Source of the DNA: the human T2T-CHM13v2.0 reference genome, Homo sapiens
Length of the DNA stretch: 64,000 nucleotides
Strand: one strand, 5' to 3'
NCBI RefSeq assembly: GCF_009914755.1
Contig: NC_060928.1
This document shows, one piece after another, positions 11,382 through 20,915 of this stretch. The position numbers and the translations under genes are program-made. Numbering within the stretch: position 1 is the first letter of the stretch; each line of letters opens with the position of its first letter. The notes beneath the pieces are model-generated. The model made no database searches. It was given only the letters and a program-made list of their open reading frames with translations, and had not been told where the DNA came from.

Positions 11382-14012
11382 ATGATTGTGCTATTATTGT
11401 TTGCCTTGCTCTGGATGGTGGAAGGAGTCTTTTCCCAGCTTCACTACACGGTACAGGAGGAGCAGGAACATGGCACTTTCGTGGGGAATATCGCTGAAGA
11501 TCTGGGTCTGGACATTACAAAACTTTCGGCTCGCGGGTTTCAGACGGTGCCCAACTCAAGGACCCCTTACTTAGACCTCAACCTGGAGACAGGGGTGCTG
11601 TACGTGAACGAGAAAATAGACCGCGAACAAATCTGCAAACAGAGCCCCTCCTGTGTCCTGCACCTGGAGGTCTTTCTGGAGAACCCCCTGGAGCTGTTCC
11701 AGGTGGAGATCGAGGTGCTGGACATTAATGACAACCCCCCCTCTTTCCCGGAGCCAGACCTGACGGTGGAAATCTCTGAGAGCGCCACGCCAGGCACTCG
11801 CTTCCCCTTGGAGAGCGCATTCGACCCAGACGTGGGCACCAACTCCTTGCGCGACTACGAGATCACCCCCAACAGCTACTTCTCCCTGGACGTGCAGACC
11901 CAGGGGGATGGCAACCGATTCGCTGAGCTGGTGCTGGAGAAGCCACTGGACCGAGAGCAGCAAGCGGTGCACCGCTACGTGCTGACCGCGGTGGACGGAG
12001 GAGGTGGGGGAGGAGTAGGAGAAGGAGGGGGAGGTGGCGGGGGAGCAGGCCTGCCCCCCCAGCAGCAGCGCACCGGCACGGCCCTACTCACCATCCGAGT
12101 GCTGGACTCCAATGACAATGTGCCCGCTTTCGACCAACCCGTCTACACTGTGTCCCTACCAGAGAACTCTCCCCCAGGCACTCTCGTGATCCAGCTCAAC
12201 GCCACCGACCCGGACGAGGGCCAGAACGGTGAGGTCGTGTACTCCTTCAGCAGCCACATTTCGCCCCGGGCGCGGGAGCTTTTCGGACTCTCGCCGCGCA
12301 CTGGCAGACTGGAGGTAAGCGGCGAGTTGGACTATGAAGAGAGCCCAGTGTACCAAGTGTACGTGCAAGCCAAGGACCTGGGCCCCAACGCCGTGCCTGC
12401 GCACTGCAAGGTGCTAGTGCGAGTACTGGATGCTAATGACAACGCGCCAGAGATCAGCTTCAGCACCGTGAAGGAAGCGGTGAGTGAGGGCGCGGCGCCC
12501 GGCACTGTGGTGGCCCTTTTCAGCGTGACTGACCGCGACTCAGAGGAGAATGGGCAGGTGCAGTGCGAGCTACTGGGAGACGTGCCTTTCCGCCTCAAGT
12601 CTTCCTTTAAGAATTACTACACCATCGTTACCGAAGCCCCCCTGGACCGAGAGGCGGGGGACTCCTACACCCTGACTGTAGTGGCTCGGGACCGGGGCGA
12701 GCCTGCGCTCTCCACCAGTAAGTCGATCCAGGTACAAGTGTCGGATGTGAACGACAACGCGCCGCGTTTCAGCCAGCCGGTCTACGACGTGTATGTGACT
12801 GAAAACAACGTGCCTGGCGCCTACATCTACGCGGTGAGCGCCACCGACCGGGATGAGGGCGCCAACGCCCAGCTTGCCTACTCTATCCTCGAGTGCCAGA
12901 TCCAGGGCATGAGCGTCTTCACCTACGTTTCTATCAACTCTGAGAACGGCTACTTGTACGCCCTGCGCTCCTTCGACTATGAGCAGCTGAAGGACTTCAG
13001 TTTTCAGGTGGAAGCCCGGGACGCTGGCAGCCCCCAGGCGCTGGCTGGTAACGCCACTGTCAACATCCTCATAGTGGATCAAAATGACAACGCCCCTGCC
13101 ATCGTGGCGCCTCTACCAGGGCGCAACGGGACTCCAGCGCGTGAGGTGCTGCCCCGCTCGGCGGAGCCGGGTTACCTGCTCACCCGCGTGGCCGCCGTGG
13201 ACGCGGACGACGGCGAGAACGCCCGGCTCACTTACAGCATCGTGCGTGGCAACGAAATGAACCTCTTTCGCATGGACTGGCGCACCGGGGAGCTGCGCAC
13301 AGCACGCCGAGTCCCGGCCAAGCGCGACCCCCAGCGGCCTTATGAGCTGGTGATCGAGGTGCGCGACCATGGGCAGCCGCCCCTTTCCTCCACCGCCACC
13401 CTGGTGGTTCAGCTGGTGGATGGCGCCGTGGAGCCCCAGGGCGGGGGCGGGAGCGGAGGCGGAGGGTCAGGAGAGCACCAGCGCCCCAGTCGCTCTGGCG
13501 GCGGGGAAACCTCGCTAGACCTCACCCTCATCCTCATCATCGCGTTGGGCTCGGTGTCCTTCATCTTCCTGCTGGCCATGATCGTGCTGGCCGTGCGTTG
13601 CCAAAAAGAGAAGAAGCTCAACATCTATACTTGTCTGGCCAGCGATTGCTGCCTCTGCTGCTGCTGCTGCGGTGGCGGAGGTTCGACCTGCTGTGGCCGC
13701 CAAGCCCGGGCGCGCAAGAAGAAACTCAGCAAGTCAGACATCATGCTGGTGCAGAGCTCCAATGTACCCAGTAACCCGGCCCAGGTGCCGATAGAGGAGT
13801 CCGGGGGCTTTGGCTCCCACCACCACAACCAGAATTACTGCTATCAGGTATGCCTGACCCCTGAGTCCGCCAAGACCGACCTGATGTTTCTTAAGCCCTG
13901 CAGCCCTTCGCGGAGTACGGACACTGAGCACAACCCCTGCGGGGCCATCGTCACCGGTTACACCGACCAGCAGCCTGATATCATCTCCAACGGAAGCATT
14001 TTGTCCAACGAG
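11382..14012 (+). CDS. PCDH10: Protocadherin-10 coding exon 1: signal peptide, six cadherin repeats, TM helix, proximal cytoplasmic tail (877 codons)
   Basis: ATG at 11382 (MIVLLLFALLWMVEGVFSQLHY) inside ORF 11316..14072. Repeated cadherin motifs (LDRE/LDYE, DxNDNxP, AxDxG) and TM segment LILIIALGSVSFIFLLAMIVLAV. Donor GAG|GTAAGG after 14012, phase 0. Confidence 0.98.
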
Positions 14013-14072
14013 GTAAGGCTGAAGCGAAAGGACCACCATCTCTCATCTCCTCCATCAGAAAGCCTCCTCTAG
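11382..14072 (+). CDS. PCDH10: PCDH10 short isoform (896 aa) by read-through of the exon-1 donor
   Basis: ORF continues 19 codons (VRLKRKDHHLSSPPSESLL) to TAG at 14070-14072; AATAAA at 14411-14416; an 896-aa PCDH10 isoform is known. Confidence 0.85.
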   Translation: MIVLLLFALLWMVEGVFSQLHYTVQEEQEHGTFVGNIAEDLGLDITKLSARGFQTVPNSRTPYLDLNLETGVLYVNEKIDREQICKQSPSCVLHLEVFLENPLELFQVEIEVLDINDNPPSFPEPDLTVEISESATPGTRFPLESAFDPDVGTNSLRDYEITPNSYFSLDVQTQGDGNRFAELVLEKPLDREQQAVHRYVLTAVDGGGGGGVGEGGGGGGGAGLPPQQQRTGTALLTIRVLDSNDNVPAFDQPVYTVSLPENSPPGTLVIQLNATDPDEGQNGEVVYSFSSHISPRARELFGLSPRTGRLEVSGELDYEESPVYQVYVQAKDLGPNAVPAHCKVLVRVLDANDNAPEISFSTVKEAVSEGAAPGTVVALFSVTDRDSEENGQVQCELLGDVPFRLKSSFKNYYTIVTEAPLDREAGDSYTLTVVARDRGEPALSTSKSIQVQVSDVNDNAPRFSQPVYDVYVTENNVPGAYIYAVSATDRDEGANAQLAYSILECQIQGMSVFTYVSINSENGYLYALRSFDYEQLKDFSFQVEARDAGSPQALAGNATVNILIVDQNDNAPAIVAPLPGRNGTPAREVLPRSAEPGYLLTRVAAVDADDGENARLTYSIVRGNEMNLFRMDWRTGELRTARRVPAKRDPQRPYELVIEVRDHGQPPLSSTATLVVQLVDGAVEPQGGGGSGGGGSGEHQRPSRSGGGETSLDLTLILIIALGSVSFIFLLAMIVLAVRCQKEKKLNIYTCLASDCCLCCCCCGGGGSTCCGRQARARKKKLSKSDIMLVQSSNVPSNPAQVPIEESGGFGSHHHNQNYCYQVCLTPESAKTDLMFLKPCSPSRSTDTEHNPCGAIVTGYTDQQPDIISNGSILSNEVRLKRKDHHLSSPPSESLL
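11700..13970. promoter_or_regulatory. Exonic CpG island across exon 1
   Basis: High GC and CpG density throughout the cadherin-repeat coding region. Confidence 0.75.
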
Positions 14073-14410
14073 CCCGGCCCTTGTATCTCTGGTGCACTGT
14101 ATCTATTTTTAGGATATTAGCTTATGTGTATCGTTGTGGGAGCAGAGATGGGCGGTCACCTTCTCCCACTCCTTCGTGTGTAACCTAACTTTCGCGTTGT
14201 TCCACCCTTTCACATTTATTTTCATTCCGTCCCCTTGGTACTTTGCCACCTTGGAGCTCCCTCCTTTGCTCTTCCATCCTGTCAGTCCTTTCCCTTCTCA
14301 GTAACCTGGGCATGAAGGGAAACTGCGTGAAGGGAGAGGGAAATGTGGAGGAGGGACTTACTTTCTAGCACTGGCAAAGGTCTTTTTTCTTTGCGTCTGT
14401 CCCAGGCATT

Positions 14411-14416
14411 AATAAA
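14411..14416 (+). terminator. Intronic polyadenylation signal for the short isoform
   Basis: AATAAA ~340 nt after the read-through stop, followed by U/GU-rich sequence (tattttgctttgttt). Confidence 0.7.
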
Positions 14417-15547
14417 GTTGGCTCTATTTTGCTTTGTTTAACGATGCTTTTAGTCGCGTGTACAAGTAAGCTATAGATTGTTTAACTTTACACAGTTGTC
14501 TAACCTCGAATTCATGTTTTAGTGAACAAGTTACCAGATCCTTCTCCTCTGAACTCGGGTTGCAAAAAAAGCCTTCAGTTCGGCTCTGGACAGCATTTAC
14601 AGACGCTCTTGAAGCCGAGCGCCCACACAGTGTGAATTTGAATGAAGCTGCGTTGGCACAAACCCCTGTTAAGAGTAAACTAACGAAAGGCTTAAACAAT
14701 TGTTGTCTTAAATATATCTTTTTAGCTAATAATCACCTTCTTGCCACTGTTTTGGATAAATCACGCTGTTGGCTTTCTTCATAAAAGAATTTGGCTTGTC
14801 AATTCTGACTTCTTTTTAAAAGGATGGAGAAGTGACAAAGTCGGAGGGTGGGGGTTGGGGGGAGAACAAAGTTGGTTTATGTGAAAGAAAGCTTGGACCG
14901 GAAAGGTGTGTGGGTGGTAGAGGTGGGGAGGCGAATGCAGAGGGCCTTTGGAGGGGAAAAGAATGGGGGTGGTGGGGGGCGGGCAGGATTATGAACTCCT
15001 TTCCTGGCAGGTTATTTTATTTGAGTCTTAGATATTATTAATTGACTTTCATGAATATTTGTACAGCTCATTTGTATCTTAAGCACATTTTGAAAATAAA
15101 CAACAACATAATTCCATGAAATATCCAAACTTTTTGCTTATTGAGCGTGCTGTTTTTCTTGTGTCAACCAGTATGCACCTAAACACTTTTTTAAGCCACT
15201 GAAGGAAAAGACAGCAGAATATAAACAGGTTGACTCTGTTAGAGACAATAGTATATGAGCTCTAGCCATGAGGTCATTTGCATTTTCTCTTTAAAAAACA
15301 CACACACATTTAAAGTTAGCCAATTTTTTTTTAACCTTTACAAGTGACTAAAATGTGGATTTAAGTGTCCCTGCATATCTCCCCTGCCCTTACACAGCAA
15401 TCACTAGGATGAGGTTTTAGGAGAGCTTGGAAATTCATAAAAATGTATACAATTACTTAAGCTAGATATAGTTCCTAACCTCAAAAGTAGACTGCTAGTT
15501 CAACCCATAGCATTCAAATGCTCTTGATTTATTTATTTTTTTCCTAG

Positions 15548-15606
15548 ACTAAACACCAGCGAGCAGAGCTCAGCTATCTAGTTGACAGACCTCGCCGAGT
15601 TAACAG
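15548..15606 (+). CDS. PCDH10: PCDH10 coding exon 2 (59 nt; TKHQRAELSYLVDRPRRVN-S)
   Basis: T-rich tract + cctag acceptor ending 15547; donor CAG|GTATGG; open in frame with exon 1. Confidence 0.95.
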
Positions 15607-16157
15607 GTATGGACTCTTTTTTTCCCTAGCAGTAATGGACAATTTACAACCTAGTAAAAGTAGGAAGTAGGTATATTATTCTAAATTAAAATTGAAATGT
15701 ATAAAATATTTTCAATTAAGGCAGGACATAAATATGAACTATATTGTGTTTCCTAGACAATACATTAAAAATTATACATTATATTTCATTTATATACAAC
15801 GCTTAAACTATATTTGAATATTTTGTCAATTTACACTCCTACACAGCTTCCGATAGTCTTCCTCACTGTTCCAAATGTATATTTATATCTATTTTATGAA
15901 AATGATATAAACATGTATTTAGCTCCAATTATAGAGTAATGCCTAAACTTTACATGACTTAAGTGCTCAAAATGACTGTTAATCGATCATTTTTAAATAG
16001 TTAAGCTTAGGCTATAAAAACTAGCTTTATGCAGAAACAAAGCCAACTAAGAGGTCTGTGAGTCTGCAGCACCATCTGTGACCATGTGGTGGCAGAAGAA
16101 TGTTTTCTGTGTTTCTTCACCTTTTTTATTCTAATATTCACATTTTTGTACTTCTAG

Positions 16158-16264
16158 TTCTGCATTCCAGGAAGCCGACATAGTAAGCTCTAAGGACAGT
16201 GGTCATGGAGACAGTGAACAGGGAGATAGTGATCATGATGCCACCAACCGTGCCCAGTCAGCTG
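16158..16264 (+). CDS. PCDH10: PCDH10 coding exon 3 (107 nt; delta-protocadherin CM1 motif SKDSGHGDSEQGDSD)
   Basis: cttctag acceptor ending 16157; donor CTG|GTAAGT; phase matches exon 2; CM1 motif recognised. Confidence 0.96.
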
Positions 16265-16599
16265 GTAAGTGTGATCAAAGGGCAATCTAAATGCTAACTT
16301 TTATAGTTTTTGTTTTTAAAAATAAACGTAGGAAGGATGATGTCCTAGGCAATTTTCCATAGGTCTAATGCTGGTAACTCTACAGAAAAATAGTGTCACT
16401 CTACTTTGATATTTGCAGACTTAAAGAGAATTGTAAAAATGCAATGTTCCTTTGGAGAGTTAATGTTAGGAATTCATTGTAGAGAGTGTCAGAATACGAA
16501 ATATATCTTGCTTATGTAATGTTCTTTAATGGACACATTGCATACAGAAAGACATAGCTCTCTCACTTGGTCCAGTTACCAGTCTTCAGTCAATTAAGG

Positions 16600-16740
16600 T
16601 ATTCTTAAACTTGTTTATGGATGAGATAACTGAAGATAAATAAAATTGATTGACCTGCACAAGGTCACAAGAAGATAAATGGATGATTGAAGACTAGAAT
16701 CCACATTTCTTGTTTTCCAGGGCAATGCATTTTACACACC
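16600..16740 (-). mobile_element. MIR core
   Basis: ttatggatgagataactgaag...tgacctgcacaaggtcacaag...gactagaatcca. Confidence 0.6.
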
Positions 16741-19700
16741 ACCAAGTATTGAATGAGAAAAGTAATGGTGATTAAAAGTCATTAATGGATTGAAAACAGA
16801 GTTTCTAATCTTGAGTCTTAGGCTTCAGAACGTTAGGTAATATGTGATAATGTGTATTTTTTGAAGTGTCCTTGGTTTCTTCATATTTTCAACAGGGTCC
16901 ATGACACATCAAAAGGTGAACTCTGAGTATATTTGTTTGTGGGCTTGATGGTAGTCACTGATAGGTTTCAATGTGCTATATATTCATTTTATTTCACTTT
17001 TCTTTTTAGAAAGTCAAGTTTTATGAGATCCTGGTAACTCTTATTACTAATACTAAAAGGAAACTCTTACATGAAATAAAATATGTATGTTAAAATGAAA
17101 ATGATTTAATAAACTTCTGGTGTCCTTCCTAATTTTTTGGTTTTCATCTTTGAAGGGTGTTTGTTGAATATTTTACTTTTTCTATCTAGTTTTGTGTTTA
17201 TTTGACACATGAAGAAATAGAAAGGCTAGTCAACTTTTCTAACTCCTGAAAATGTCGATCTTAGACTGTCTTTGGGTTCAACTCTCTTGAGACTGGACCT
17301 TTATTTTACTTAATAATATAACCATAGAGTGATAGGTTCTCATTTTCAAGGTGATATTAGTCCTCGAGAGCACCCATTCCTTAACACACTTGTGGACCTC
17401 TGGATGGTGCTGAGGCAGTGTGTCAAAGGGCAGCGTACACCCCATGGTGGCCTGGCAGCAGTGGTTGCTACAAGCCTCTCACTTGGCTAATGTGTGCTGT
17501 GTCTGTGGCTGCCTTAGCCTTGGGAAACCCAGGCAGGAGGAAGGGAAAAAAGGCTGCTCAAGGGTCTCTTTATATTGCTGTGAGTCATTAATATGCAGGC
17601 CTAATGAGACTTGAGAACTGCCAAGAATCCCCGGAGGTCTCTGCCCCTTGCGGGCCTTCACGCTAAGTGAACAGAGCATCTATTTAGTGTCTGGGAACCT
17701 GACAACAAACCAGATCTTGCCAGAAGTTTATATGTGCGTACAAAGTCCCTTTCATTTTTGCCCTATATATGGCATATGATTTATTGTTATCTTTAAAAAC
17801 TGTACATTTAGCATTGCTCATTCCTGTTCTTTTTCAGAGTTTCTAATTTAACTGTCAACCTTTTAAAACTTTTAAAACAAAATGTTTAATGTTTTAAAGA
17901 GTATCTGTTGCATGTTTCTTTGGATGCATTTTACTCCTTTCCCACCCCACACGCCCCGCTTTGTTTTTCCTGTAGCACTTCAATCTCAATGAACATTTCA
18001 ATTAGTTTAGTCCCTCAGACATAATGACCCATAATAACCTAACTGAAGAAAGAGAAATGAATAAACATCTGCAAAAGAGCCAAATTTGGAAGATAGATGA
18101 GAACATATTCTTATCAGTGCATCTTCCCAGTAGCTACTTTATTTCACAGTCACTCAGTGTTACCATTTCTGTAATGTTTCTTTCAAATTATTGGAGATGT
18201 CAAAGCATTTAAAAGAATACTAAAATGTTAAAATGTGTTGTGGAAAACATTTCAGCCAGGCAGTTTTTGTTTTTATCAAAATGTTAAAATTTTTTTGTAT
18301 CTTTAAGTTCTTAAACATGTAAAAGTGTTACAGAATTAACAATCCTTTTATGTATCTTATTAGTAGTTACACGGCAGCCACAACATACTGGGCACAATAA
18401 TAGCTATTTTAGGATTGTAATAAAGCACTTATGTTAAGAAGTGATTGCACCTTTGTGTGCTGAATTGCAATCAGATTTAATGTCTAATTTTATTGTAAGA
18501 ATAATTTTGAAGTGTTTTCTTTTTTAAGTATAAAACCTCAAATGCAGAGAATTAAAATGCATTTGCTTAAAGACTTTTTTCAATCCATACTGCTGTTATG
18601 TACTATAAACCTCACATCAGGCAGCTAGACTATTTCCAAAAATTTAAGCCCATTTCAGATAAATCTGTTTTATTTCATTGTAAAGCCAGATATTAATGAT
18701 TTTCCAATTTTGCAAAATTAGGTAATATTACTCATAGCATAGCTTTCTAAGTTCAGGATAGGAAAAAAACCTTGTGTTATAATAAGCAAATCTCACTTAA
18801 CTAGGTTTTAGTAGGGAAAAGTTAGATTATCAAGCAAAACTAACATTGGAAAGATAGAGACTCCGAATTCTCTCTTTCAGTTTGTACCATATTCCACACT
18901 ATAGTGTACAGACTATTTAGCTTAGTGCTTCACCTGTTTAAACTTCCTTTTTCTTTATTCCTATTTCTTTTTCTACATTAACATTATTCTGTATTATTTA
19001 TTTAGATATGCCTTCTATTTATTCTTTTATGAATAGTTTTCTTTTTTTGTTCTATCTTCCACCCCCTCCTTCTTGCTTTTCTTTTTTCTAAGCCATTTGC
19101 CGTCACCAATGTTGTTCATAGAAGGGCTTTAAACACGAAGGCAGCTGCACAGAGAATCACATAAGCTTTTTCAGTTTTCCACTGCACCTGGCTCCATGTG
19201 TGAAATTCTTCGCCTTGACCACTGCTCTGTGGCACTTTCTTTCTATAGCCTTGTCAAGGTGCTTCCCGTTTTTTTCAGTGAACTATTGATGTATTGGTTA
19301 GATATGGCAGTAGTCCAAGGAGAAGTGGCAAATGCAGACATAAACCATCACAAGAGGAAAAACTGATTAATCACAGCTTAAACAGCCAAAGAATTGGACT
19401 TTAAAGAAATATATTTTCAACTTTATTATATCATTAAAGCATAATTATTTCTTCTATTTTAGGATACAGATAGAATATTTTAAATTGTATATTCTTAAAC
19501 ATTTTAATATTATTTGAGGTATATCTAAAGTGATCTGTTTAGTAGTGAGAGGTTGCTTTTCCCGTTATAAAATACCTACATTGTCAATAATGCTAAGCTT
19601 AATTATAGATTTATTTTTAATACCTTGTGCCTTTAAAAAAATATGTTGAAGAGATAATCCTAATAAGTGATTGAATTACTTGTTAGACATTCTCTGAAAA

Positions 19701-20744
19701 TTGTCAAATTTCTCTTCAATAATTTTTTCTTTCAGTTATAGGAGAACTTATCTTCCAAATATGTTTAGTTTCTAACTAATTATAGATATAATGCATGGTC
19801 AAAATTTGGCTATGAATTTTAAAAATAAAGTGATTTGATTGGTCAATAATTTCAAATTAGTAGATAAAATATACCATTGAAATGCATTAAGCCAGTGCAT
19901 TACTACAGTGTCAGCAATAGAATTCTTGGTTTATTATAAACACAAATACCTATTTCCAAACTCCATTAAGAATTTAGATAATTGCCAAGTTTGATTTTGG
20001 GTTTATATATAAAATGGATTTACACCAGTATTTATAAAACCTTATTCACTGGTGAAACTTTGAGCTGCAACTTGAAAATGTGCAGAGATTTATAACTGGA
20101 GGCAATATAGAAGATGAAATATTGAGAGGAAATGGTGAAAAATATATACATTTTGAAAGATTATTGGTAGGGAGAAAATTTTGATGGGCATATTTTGATT
20201 TTTTTCATGAGTGAGTTATGTTAATAACTATCTGCTTCAAAACCATGTTTTTCTAAAACATACTGCAATTTTTGTGGTTACAATTAATGTATTTTAAGTC
20301 GTTAAAAGAGGACTAGAAATCTCAAAAAATGAAAAGTTTTATATCTTCTTTAAAATTAATTTATCATATTTGGAAAAAAATAAACGCTTTGAATGAAAGC
20401 TTGTTGCACAAAAAGAAATGTTCACGCAATATTGTATTATGACAGTCACCGAAAAAGTAGCACAAATTGAATTCTAAAATTTTTGAAATCACAATTTGGT
20501 CTCAATGGAAATATCCACTGCCTGTGAGTGTACAGGACAAGTTACTTGCCAGTTGAAAACCATGTACTTTAAAATTTGTCTAAATATATCTTTGCATAAC
20601 AGGCAGTCTATCACATCAGCTATCATCCCTTGCAGAACAGATTATTTCTGAAAAGTGGAAAAAATAAATAACTAGAAAAAGAGATTGCAAGTAAAAGGTA
20701 TATGTTGAAACATTTATTAGATATTACCAAAATTTCAAAACTGA

Positions 20745-20915
20745 GGTTTGGAATAATAGACATTGGAGACTCTGAAAGGTGGGAAGACTGAAGCCAGGTG
20801 AGGGATGTGAAATTATCTAATGAGTACAATTTACATTATTCAGGTGATGGTTACACTAAAAATCCAGACTACACCACCATAACAAAATTGCACTTGTATC
20901 CCTAAAGTCTATTTA
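20745..20915 (+). mobile_element. L1 (L1MA-type) 3' end fragment
   Basis: aatagacattggagactctgaa...gagtacaatttacattattcaggtgatggttacactaaaa...aaattgcacttgtatccc. Confidence 0.8.

Noticed and set aside
12459-12479. RE1/REST-like TTCAGCACC
   Set aside because: Only the left half-site matches, and it is explained by coding constraint (FSTV).
11567-14039. Several antisense ORFs within exon 1
   Set aside because: Expected shadows of a GC-rich coding sequence.
16158-16170. Alternative acceptor ttccag 13 nt into exon 3
   Set aside because: Would shift the frame; the upstream AG gives the correct phase and the CM1 motif.
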